Positions 56,801 through 64,000 of a stretch of 64,000 bases of DNA are shown piece by piece; positions within the stretch are counted from its first letter, which is position 1, and each line of letters opens with the position of its first letter. Source of the stretch: a virus (Duplodnaviria; Caudoviricetes); the IMG/VR virus record IMGVR_UViG_3300028888_001547, positions 42,599 to 106,598 of that record. The stretch is one strand, 5' to 3'. The notes beneath the pieces are model-generated. The model made no database searches. It saw only the letters and a list, made by a program, of their open reading frames with translations, and was not told where the DNA came from. Position numbers and translations under genes: made by a program.

Positions 56801-57304
56801 ATGGAACAAAAATTTAGTCTGGTAGAAATTGAAAATGGCGTAAAAGCTATCAAGTGTTCAATCGTAACTGTGCTGACAGACAGCGAAACTAAAAGATTCG
56901 CATCTAAAAAGTTACGTAACCGTATTGTTGCTTTGGCAAAAGATTGCCACTTAGAGTGGTCTGTTGAGTGCGACAATACGACAGTATTATTGACCTCAAG
57001 AACCAACATGGTATTCGATCACCAAGACATCCATGACCTTGAGATGGCAACACAAACATTTCTTGATGCCATCAACAAGATGGAGCTTGAAGACGAGAAG
57101 GTTCAAGATGAAGAGAGGGAGAGAAATAAAGACGTAGAATTCGTTAAAGAAGTCCTTCAAGAACTCGAAGACGGAGACTGCGTGGCACTGGCATTGTTAT
57201 CCGAAATCGAGCTTGGTGATAACAGCATTGTACTTCCGTATGGTCACCTCTCCAAGAAATTGGCCATAGAACTGTGTAAGTGTTTCATAGAACATAACAA
57301 ATAA
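56801..57304 (+). CDS. Early hypothetical protein (167 aa)
   Basis: Intact ORF. Confidence 0.7.
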   Translation: MEQKFSLVEIENGVKAIKCSIVTVLTDSETKRFASKKLRNRIVALAKDCHLEWSVECDNTTVLLTSRTNMVFDHQDIHDLEMATQTFLDAINKMELEDEKVQDEERERNKDVEFVKEVLQELEDGDCVALALLSEIELGDNSIVLPYGHLSKKLAIELCKCFIEHNK

Positions 57305-57307
57305 AAT

Positions 57308-57730
57308 ATGGACAAGCTTTATATTCGTAAAGGCCGCAGGTTTGTGGCTATACCGAACGTAATTGGCATGTTCTACGATGGAGCTGAATTCACTAAAGAA
57401 AAAACCCCATCGTCATTTGCTTTCTGTTATGATCAGAATGGCAATACTGCAATGCTGACGTTATTGAACGTGGAACGTGGAACATTTACCTGGTATAAGG
57501 CGCAAGAAGACCGCATCAAACCGTATCATTTGCCCAGTAGAGAACAAATATTATTAGCTAGAAAAAGATACAAATCTTTCCCTATCAATATTATAATATG
57601 GACTTGTGACATGTATAAGCATTTCTCCAGCTATGCTTTCGACTCAACTGAGAGTTGTGGGCGCATCTTTAGTTGCCCTAACCACTACTACGCAAAGGTT
57701 CTGGTTTTTTTCGAAACAGAAATAGTATGA
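57308..57730 (+). CDS. Early hypothetical protein (140 aa)
   Basis: Intact ORF; TW..A..YHLPSREQI..IWT pattern. Confidence 0.65.
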   Translation: MDKLYIRKGRRFVAIPNVIGMFYDGAEFTKEKTPSSFAFCYDQNGNTAMLTLLNVERGTFTWYKAQEDRIKPYHLPSREQILLARKRYKSFPINIIIWTCDMYKHFSSYAFDSTESCGRIFSCPNHYYAKVLVFFETEIV

Positions 57731-57954
57731 ACAATGAACATCAAAATCAAATACATCCACCGCTTCCTAAAAAGAAGCGTGTGGATGATAAGGGCAATTC
57801 TTATGTAAGAGTAATTGCCAAAGATGGTGGTGCTAGTATGATTATTGCTGAACACTTAACAGAAAATGCTGCTGGAGTGTTCATCAACAAAATCTCTGAA
57901 GTAATAGGTAAATTGGGAGGTAAACAAAAAACTACATTTAAAATAATAAGATGA
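57727..57954 (+). CDS. Small early protein (75 aa)
   Basis: ATGA-coupled ORF. Confidence 0.55.
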   Translation: MNNEHQNQIHPPLPKKKRVDDKGNSYVRVIAKDGGASMIIAEHLTENAAGVFINKISEVIGKLGGKQKTTFKIIR

Positions 57955-58092
57955 TTGTATTAAAAGTAATCTTTGCAGTATGCTTATTAGTAGTGATGTT
58001 CATAATAGGCTACTTAAACGGTAGACGTGATGGTTGGTCAAACGGTTATAACGCCGGTTGGCAAGATAGATTAGAACAAAAATCATTTAACA

Positions 58093-58305
58093 ATGATTAG
58101 TGTAGGATCTATCGTTGCGATAGGTGATGAAAAATATGTAGTCACCTCAACAGAACCACATCAGTGTGCATGTACAGTATGTGAAATCAAAAACTGTGCA
58201 TATAACAAAGCACTACAGGAGTTCAAAAAGTCTCATAATGTAACAACATGTGAGAAAATTATTGGTGTTAATAAGTATTTTAAGAAATATGAGCAGCATC
58301 AGTAA
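58093..58305 (+). CDS. Small Cys-rich early protein (70 aa)
   Basis: VGSIVAIG..YVV..CxCxxC pattern. Confidence 0.55.
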   Translation: MISVGSIVAIGDEKYVVTSTEPHQCACTVCEIKNCAYNKALQEFKKSHNVTTCEKIIGVNKYFKKYEQHQ

Positions 58306-58395
58306 GAACTCAGAATCTTTACCGCCTGGCTTTTGGCTAGGTGTACTTCTCATTGTAATTATACTGATTATGAGGTTTTATATAAAAATGAGAAT

Positions 58396-58590
58396 ATGAA
58401 AAAGATTAAACCAGGACAATTCTGGTCCTGTAACGGGTGTATTGTAAGAGCCCGTAAGCGTACATCAGGATGTACTGGTTGTCTGTACGAGGACAGTATA
58501 ATGCTATGTCCTGACGTAAGAACTAAAAATGGCGATAATAGCAATAAGCCAAATTGCTTAATCAATAATATTATATTCACGAAGCCATAG
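58396..58590 (+). CDS. Small Cys-rich early protein (TAG stop)
   Basis: MKKIKPGQFWSCNG..CTGC; start approximate. Confidence 0.5.
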   Translation: MKKIKPGQFWSCNGCIVRARKRTSGCTGCLYEDSIMLCPDVRTKNGDNSNKPNCLINNIIFTKP

Positions 58591-58647
58591 ATGAATTTAC
58601 TAATGTTTAGAGTCTCCCTGTTGTGAAACACGGAGGCTCATTTATAT

Positions 58648-58796
58648 GACGTTTAGAAATCAGCTAAAGCGGAAACCTCAAGCCCGCAAGTTAATTGGCA
58701 AGAAGACTGTAACCCAGTAAAGGTAGAAGATGTAGCTTTTTGTAGCCGCTACACGTCTTGCGCTACAACAATTGACGAATGATGAGAGGGAATGTC
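58648..58796 (+). ncRNA. Twister-like ribozyme variant with large insertion
   Basis: P1 GACGTTT/GAATGTC, P2 ATCA/TGAT, P4 GCGG/CCGC, T1 CCTC/GAGG, T2 GC/GC, GA before T1'. Confidence 0.55.
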
Positions 58797-59146
58797 TTTT
58801 GACGGTGCAAATCTAGAAAATGTGCAATATACTAGTGTTGCACAGCACCAACCGCAACACCACCAAGAATGACAGTGAAAGTCTGAAGAGAGAAGAAATG
58901 TGTTGCAAAAGTAATTGAATGGCCTACTACTCCATTTAGCAACAGTACGAGACGGAACGAAAGTATACCTCGGTTGTAAGTAGTGAATATGTCGTGGTCA
59001 GAGGAGACTTAAAAAGAAGCTGACACTGGAGAGTATATACTCAACACAAGGGGAGACGGCGGAGATAGCCGACCTTGTTGCCTGAAAAAATGGCTAGTTG
59101 CCACAGGAACTGGGAAGCCTGTGTGCGAGAACAGAAAAGAACCCAG

Positions 59147-59219
59147 TGGGGAATAGTTCAGTTGGTAGAACGCTAGCCTCTGGATCTAGATGTCGGTGGT
59201 TCGAGTCCGCCTTCCCCAG
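59147..59219 (+). tRNA. tRNA-Gln (CTG)
   Basis: TGGGGAA/TTCCCCA acceptor (U1:A72), loop CT-CTG-GA, GGTTCGAGT T arm. Confidence 0.8.
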
Positions 59220-59483
59220 CAACAATGGCATACTACTTTATAATGTTAAACCGATTGTTCATTCTTAATGGTTTTGGTTTTCCAAAAAATGGACACAGAC
59301 TCATAGCATACGTACATCTGTATCTATGCAGTCGAGCATTATTTGTTGAGAAACAAAGAAGTGTTGCCAGTGTGGGGTATTGTGAAATACTCCACAACCC
59401 ATAGGTTTAGTACTGTACCTGAAGATCCGACGTTTCACGGTAGTATCGTCTGACCTCGTCAAGTCGGTGAAAACAGTACACAT

Positions 59484-59555
59484 GGTCTATTCGTCTATCG
59501 GTTAGGACGAGAGATTTTCATTCTCTAAAGAGCAGTTCGACTCTGCTATAGACTA
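59484..59555 (+). tRNA. tRNA-Glu (TTC)
   Basis: GGTCTAT/ATAGACT acceptor, AGAGA-TT-TTC-AT-TCTCT anticodon arm, AGCAG-TTCGACT-CTGCT T arm. Confidence 0.9.
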
Positions 59556-59573
59556 CTATAAATACATACAAAT

Positions 59574-59843
59574 ATGACACTACTTGAAATCGTTGTAATT
59601 GTATCGCAGCCATGCATTCCACAAGGCCTGCAAGAGGATATTCTATTCGAAGAAGCTCTTGCACAGTATGATGCGTACATTAGCGAAGCGGCATACCTAA
59701 TCCCGCAGATTGATGTTGACACACTGATGTCTGTCACATTAATTAGGTATGCACCTAGGACATCAGAAATAGTACGTACTGCCTGTAACGACAGTACACA
59801 GAATGAAATAGACTTTAAATCTATAATTCATTTTCTTTTCTAA
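59574..59843 (+). CDS. Hypothetical protein (89 aa)
   Basis: ORF with an A-rich leader. Confidence 0.45.
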   Translation: MTLLEIVVIVSQPCIPQGLQEDILFEEALAQYDAYISEAAYLIPQIDVDTLMSVTLIRYAPRTSEIVRTACNDSTQNEIDFKSIIHFLF

Positions 59844-60040
59844 TTTCTGAATGTTATAGGACAGGACATGCGGGTGTTCTGTCCTTTTGTATGTATTCTT
59901 ATAATGTCCGAGGTTAAGGGGCGTGCTTCGCGCACGTGAGGTTGGGAGATGTAATGTCAAACATCTGGTAGGACATTTTAAATTGAATCTTTTTGGGTTT
60001 AATTAACATAATTTATTAACAATTTAATCATTTATCAAAA

Positions 60041-60604
60041 ATGAACAAAATTCTTACAGTGGGTCTAACGATCCTTGCATCAGTAATCATTACGATTGCC
60101 GTGCTCGCAGGAGTAAACTCTTGCACAGAGAATGGACTTGGTGCTTACATCAAAGGTCCTATTGAGCCTACAGACATTGAAACGTCTGTAGAGAATGCTA
60201 TCAACCCTCAGATGATTTCATCAGACGAGGTAGTTGCTTTCCAGATAGCTATGGCTACCAAGAACAACGTGGATTCTATCTTCTTATCCATGTCTGAAGA
60301 GGCTATTCGTGCAGTGTCTACGGTGTTATTGAGAACATCGACTAGTGTAACAGTGCAGGAAATAGTCAACGAGTATACGCATCCTACGATTTTGAACTAT
60401 AACAATCTACCAACTTCAAAGGATACGAGTACTAAATCCGACAGTTCTACCAACAAACCGATTGCATCCGTAGAATTAGTCAAAGAAGAGAAAACGACGG
60501 TGACGGAGGCACCGCCAACCAGGGTAGATAAGACTACCACCACCAGTAAAGATACTGTTGTGGATGGTAAGAAAGTAACAATAACAACAACCGTCCACGA
60601 GTAG
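60041..60604 (+). CDS. Membrane-anchored/lipoprotein-like protein with Thr-rich tail (TAG stop)
   Basis: Hydrophobic N-terminus ending LAGVNSC; Thr/Ser-rich C-terminus. Confidence 0.7.
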   Translation: MNKILTVGLTILASVIITIAVLAGVNSCTENGLGAYIKGPIEPTDIETSVENAINPQMISSDEVVAFQIAMATKNNVDSIFLSMSEEAIRAVSTVLLRTSTSVTVQEIVNEYTHPTILNYNNLPTSKDTSTKSDSSTNKPIASVELVKEEKTTVTEAPPTRVDKTTTTSKDTVVDGKKVTITTTVHE

Positions 60605-60607
60605 ATT

Positions 60608-61099
60608 ATGGGTAGAAAAGTAGCACTTGTAATAACCTATGATGGTGCAGAACCAGATGATATGACAAAGTCACACATCTGTGATACCTTGGCACAGTCA
60701 GGATGCTGTAATTGTCAAAAAGAAATATGTATCTATTTCGTAAGCGAGAAAGAGTTGGTACAAGCAATTGCAGCAAAACCTGTGCCTACTGTTATCAACC
60801 AGCACTTTTACAAAAGTGAGGAACATCTGACTGAGCAAGAACTTGCTGTTACGTACATTGCAGGTATCTGCAAAGATAGTATCAACAAGTCTGTTAGTCA
60901 CTTTGCTGCAGATTTTGCAGTAAAGTTCTGCGACTCCGTCCGAAAAGGAAACGATCCGCAACTCTTAGAGGCTGTAAAAATCCTTAAAAGAGACTACGCA
61001 ATGTCTCGTGTTGGCGACAAAGTACGTCGCGAGACAGGGTTTAACGATGAGATTTATAACATCGTATTGAACATAAGTAGCGATATGTGGAATGTCTAG
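60608..61099 (+). CDS. Hypothetical protein (163 aa; TAG stop)
   Basis: Intact ORF in frame with the preceding gene. Confidence 0.7.
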   Translation: MGRKVALVITYDGAEPDDMTKSHICDTLAQSGCCNCQKEICIYFVSEKELVQAIAAKPVPTVINQHFYKSEEHLTEQELAVTYIAGICKDSINKSVSHFAADFAVKFCDSVRKGNDPQLLEAVKILKRDYAMSRVGDKVRRETGFNDEIYNIVLNISSDMWNV

Positions 61100-61269
61100 A
61101 ACCTATCGAAAGGTGTTTGTTGGTAAAAAAGGCCAACGCCATCAAAATGCAATTCCCTATAAGCGTCAACGCACAGAGATTGAGATAGAAATCGAAATCT
61201 CAAGGGAACCAAGAAGATTTAAGTAACGGGGAAACCCACAGTAATAACAACTAAAATTTATCAAAAATT

Positions 61270-61770
61270 ATGGCATCAAAAGACAACAAAGAAAAGACAA
61301 TCGGTATTGCCGATGTCACAGTAGAGAACGTGAGCGATCAGCTTGAAAACGCTGGTAAGTTTGGAAAAGACATCATTGAGATGGCTAAGAAGAACCGCAA
61401 GGAGAAGGATGAGAAGAAGCTGGCAGAGGAGTTTGACGAACTCTCTCAGAAGTCATCATACTTCAATTTGCGCCTGGCCCTGCTTGCCAAGATGTACAAG
61501 AATGCATCAAAAGCCGCAGCTGAAGCTCGCGATAAGAGCCTCGAACTGTTTAAGAAGGTCGAGAGTGGTGAGCTGGACGCCGTTGGATTTGACAACGAGC
61601 AGAAGAAGCTTGCCAAGGAGCTTACAAAGAACATCGATGCTACACGCGAATCGCAGCGTACAGATGCTGAGCGTCTGCGCAAGCAGTTCCCGAACGGAAA
61701 TTGGTGGACTTGGGATAACGAGTTCTTTAACGGCATAACTGCCGCTATCCGTCGTTTGACCGAGAAGTAA
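61270..61770 (+). CDS. Helical hypothetical protein (166 aa)
   Basis: Intact ORF with MCP-like (high-expression) codon usage. Confidence 0.75.
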   Translation: MASKDNKEKTIGIADVTVENVSDQLENAGKFGKDIIEMAKKNRKEKDEKKLAEEFDELSQKSSYFNLRLALLAKMYKNASKAAAEARDKSLELFKKVESGELDAVGFDNEQKKLAKELTKNIDATRESQRTDAERLRKQFPNGNWWTWDNEFFNGITAAIRRLTEK

Positions 61771-61774
61771 AAAA

Positions 61775-62275
61775 TCCTGCGACAACCCCGAGCCTTTGAG
61801 CCAGTGGTTGCTCATGTGGTGAATAGAGAGGAGCTATATGAGGGACAGCCTACCACATTTAAAGGATGAAATGACATTCTGGACAAGAGTCAGAGTATGA
61901 GAAAGGATTATACTACTAGTGGAAATATTTTGTATAAGAATTCAAAATGGTTATTTAACCTGATAGACACACCAAACAAGTCGGTTTACCGGAGTGAGGT
62001 GTATTGACAGCGTTATAATTACATATAATTCTAATGTACATAATACAGAAACTAGTAGTTCCTTTCTATGTTACGCGAACCACGTCCGCAGGTAAGCAGT
62101 GAGCCAACGCTGTTAAAATATATTGGACCATTTGATCAAATCACTGTTGTGTCTGAGCCATTGAGCCGGTGCACCTTGTCCTCGAGGGGACTATATAAAG
62201 ACACTGCACAACATATCAAGAATGTGAACTATATACTATGTGCGAGCCTTCGAGCCAGAGCATGGTCAATGTAGA
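61775..62275 (+). ncRNA. Candidate structured ncRNA with repeated GAGCC-N3-GAGCC loops
   Basis: Motif at 61790, 62155 and 62244, each closed by a different stem; long-range complementarity. Confidence 0.5.
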
Positions 62276-62475
62276 ACATTTAAGGTGATGTTATAAGCGA
62301 TTTGAAGCGTCGTATATCCTTGAGTGGGCCAGCTACCCACAAGAGGCTAGAAAACGCGTCAGAGAGCCTGTAAATAGCCTTAAATTGGATTTTCCAACTG
62401 ATCATTGGGAGATTCAGCTGGGTTGCAGAGTAGTATTAACCATATACTCAATTTGACAAACTGCAACTAAAGAAA

Positions 62476-62750
62476 TCTTAGCGGTCTGAGGTATTTCGTT
62501 CGGACGAGGGTTCGAATCCCTCCGGGTCCACGGCAAGTCCCGAGTTCTATCTGTCACATAGAGCGAATAAGGGGTGACTATCTACGCAGCCCACTCGTAG
62601 GCCTCATGTGGGCATTCCGGGCTCGACAGGATTTTGACGGGCGGAGGAAGTAAAGACGTTAACGCTTTGATATAAAATTAAACGGCGATATGAACATCGT
62701 TGACTATACGGGCCTCAAGGAGGCAGCGTAAAGTCGGTGAAGGCTACCTA
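62476..62750 (+). ncRNA. ssrA: Two-piece (circularly permuted) tmRNA
   Basis: 3' tRNA-like half (GGACGAGGG-TTCGAAT-CCCTC-CGGGTCC-A, ends 62530) precedes the 5' half (GGGCTCGACAGGATTTTGACGG from 62619); G3.U70 pair; tag ORF 62684..62731 GDMNIVDYTGLKEAA-TAA; outer boundaries approximate. Confidence 0.85.
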
Positions 62751-62759
62751 AGTGCCTGA

Positions 62760-62817
62760 GAGTGAAAAGGAGACACTGGATTAACTCCAGGGTGGGTTCG
62801 ACTCCCACCATCACTCC
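62760..62817 (+). ncRNA. Truncated tRNA-like element
   Basis: GAGTGA/TCACTC stem, CTGGA-TTAAC-TCCAG hairpin, GGTGGG-TTCGACT-CCCACC T arm; no D arm. Confidence 0.5.
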
Positions 62818-62932
62818 TATGTGATAAAACGTGGACTGGCCAGAAAGAGGGAAAATGACACTTCCAACCTTCATTATCACAGAACATCCTCAGAGACCTC
62901 CAGGCCAGGAGAACATGTGAATCTGAGGATAA

Positions 62933-63012
62933 GGGCCTATAGCTCAATTGGCAGAGCTTGTACTAGTGAAGACTTAAGTGTCTGACGTTGGGTTCGAATC
63001 CCACTAGGCCCA
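62933..63012 (+). tRNA. tRNA-like RNA with irregular anticodon arm (isotype unassignable)
   Basis: GGGCCTA/TAGGCCC acceptor, canonical D arm and T loop, but no 5-bp/7-nt anticodon arm. Confidence 0.55.
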
Positions 63013-63147
63013 CTAACGTGGTAGCGAGTTTGAAGTAACATACGACGACTGAGTGAAAAGTGCGCACGAGTAACTGAACTAAGTGTATGTGAGATAAAGA
63101 AAAGCTTTAAAGTGTATCCGGCTGATTCCGCCACGTATTTTAACATT

Positions 63148-63221
63148 GGACTTTTAGCTCAGTTGGTTAGAGCAACAGACTCATAATCTGGAGGTCGCAG
63201 GTTCAAGCCCTGCATGGTCCA
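63148..63221 (+). tRNA. tRNA with CAT anticodon (Ile2-like or Met)
   Basis: GGACTTT/ATGGTCC acceptor, ACAGA-CT-CAT-AA-TCTGG arm, GCAGG-TTCAAGC-CCTGC; body resembles bacterial tRNA-Ile2. Confidence 0.85.
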
Positions 63222-63239
63222 CAAAATATATTATTAACA

Positions 63240-63734
63240 ATGATAACAAAAACAGGATACCGACAAATGCTTCGTGATAGGACTCCGAAGGTTGTCATCT
63301 TTGCACTAAAATGGTGTAAAGTAACAGATGCATGGCTTGACCATGTGTACAATAACTGGATTTGGATTTATAAAAGTAATGAAGAGCGGCTTAAAGCAAC
63401 TCGATCATTACTTGGATTAGATTCTAAAGAAGGTTTTAAATTTGAGGATACTATTCTGTGGGATAATTTCACAGAAGATGAAACGAAGCGTTGGAAAGCA
63501 ATAGTTACATGGGTATCCTGGTTTAGTAAAAATCATGCGTATATACAAAATACGTATGATATCTCTAAGAAATGTGGGAAAAACATTACTGAAATCAAGC
63601 TCAAAATTATATCTGAGCATCTAAAAGATTTTTGTCCCACAAATAAGGATAATCAAAAAGAACGTGAGCGTAAAAACATTTATGTAAACAAGCTTTGTGA
63701 TTTCCTTATCAACAGCTTTGAAAATCTTATATAA
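63240..63734 (+). CDS. Hypothetical protein (164 aa)
   Basis: Intact Trp-rich ORF. Confidence 0.7.
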   Translation: MITKTGYRQMLRDRTPKVVIFALKWCKVTDAWLDHVYNNWIWIYKSNEERLKATRSLLGLDSKEGFKFEDTILWDNFTEDETKRWKAIVTWVSWFSKNHAYIQNTYDISKKCGKNITEIKLKIISEHLKDFCPTNKDNQKERERKNIYVNKLCDFLINSFENLI

Positions 63735-63738
63735 AGAT

Positions 63739-64000
63739 ATGATAAGCGTATTTACCAATTATTTGAGTCCCTATTACGAGATGGGACTATTGCCCGAAGT
63801 AGAGAAGCCAAGTGATATCTATGATCAGCTGCGTATCGCATACAATCAAGGCGCACCGGTGATTAATACCACTAGAATGGTAACTCTATTTAATGATGAC
63901 GAAGATTCTTATGATATAATAGAAGCAATATGGTCTGAACCAAAATTAGTATACTGGCTAAGATGGGTCAACAGGAAAATAACATTAGAGATAGGAATAC
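63739..64000 (+). CDS. Hypothetical protein (partial, runs off window)
   Basis: ATG 63739 (MISVFTNYLSPYYE), open to the window end. Confidence 0.5.
   Translation, partial: MISVFTNYLSPYYEMGLLPEVEKPSDIYDQLRIAYNQGAPVINTTRMVTLFNDDEDSYDIIEAIWSEPKLVYWLRWVNRKITLEIGI

Noticed and set aside
62290-62385. Imperfect hairpin with periodic A/T tracts resembling sequence at 8459-8540
   Set aside because: Similarity is too weak to support by eye
62619-62817. One-piece tmRNA ending at the T arm at ~62800
   Set aside because: The 5' GGGCTCG does not pair with the sequence after that T arm; it pairs with upstream CGGGTCC (62523-62529)
63013-63095. HDV-like theta ribozyme downstream of a tRNA
   Set aside because: A possible ACATAC/GTATGT pairing with CTAA exists, but no P1/P3 nested pseudoknot could be built; none was found after the other tRNAs either
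1-64000. Phage release factor, aminoacyl-tRNA synthetase, SmpB or reverse transcriptase/DGR genes
   Set aside because: No recognisable motifs in this window; they may lie elsewhere in the genome or be host-supplied

Overview
Segment of a crAss-like (Crassvirales, probably Bacteroidota-infecting) phage genome. Positions 1-47049 (minus strand) and about 47300-50143 (plus strand) form the late/virion region, transcribed divergently from a mirrored promoter-like motif at about 47075-47157. In this region TAG is read as Gln (code 15), so the supplied ORF track is fragmented. Joining fragments across TAG restores the terminase, portal, ring/neck proteins, tail muzzle, cargo proteins, fibres, holin/spanin, a ~2,070-aa CotH-kinase-like protein and an LRR protein. 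The major capsid and auxiliary capsid genes contain no TAG. From about 50390 onward lie small early genes that use TAG as a stop, interspersed with dense non-coding RNA. The standout feature is an RNA toolkit apparently aimed at translation: (1) an amber-suppressor tRNA(CUA) with non-canonical D/T loops; (2) a circularly permuted two-piece tmRNA encoding tag GDMNIVDYTGLKEAA; (3) canonical and truncated tRNA-like RNAs; (4) a hammerhead and three twister-type ribozymes, two of them preceded by a shared compact pseudoknot; (5) large structured ncRNA candidates, one displaying a repeated GAGCC-N3-GAGCC loop motif. All calls come from manual reading of the sequence; no searches or folding programs were run.
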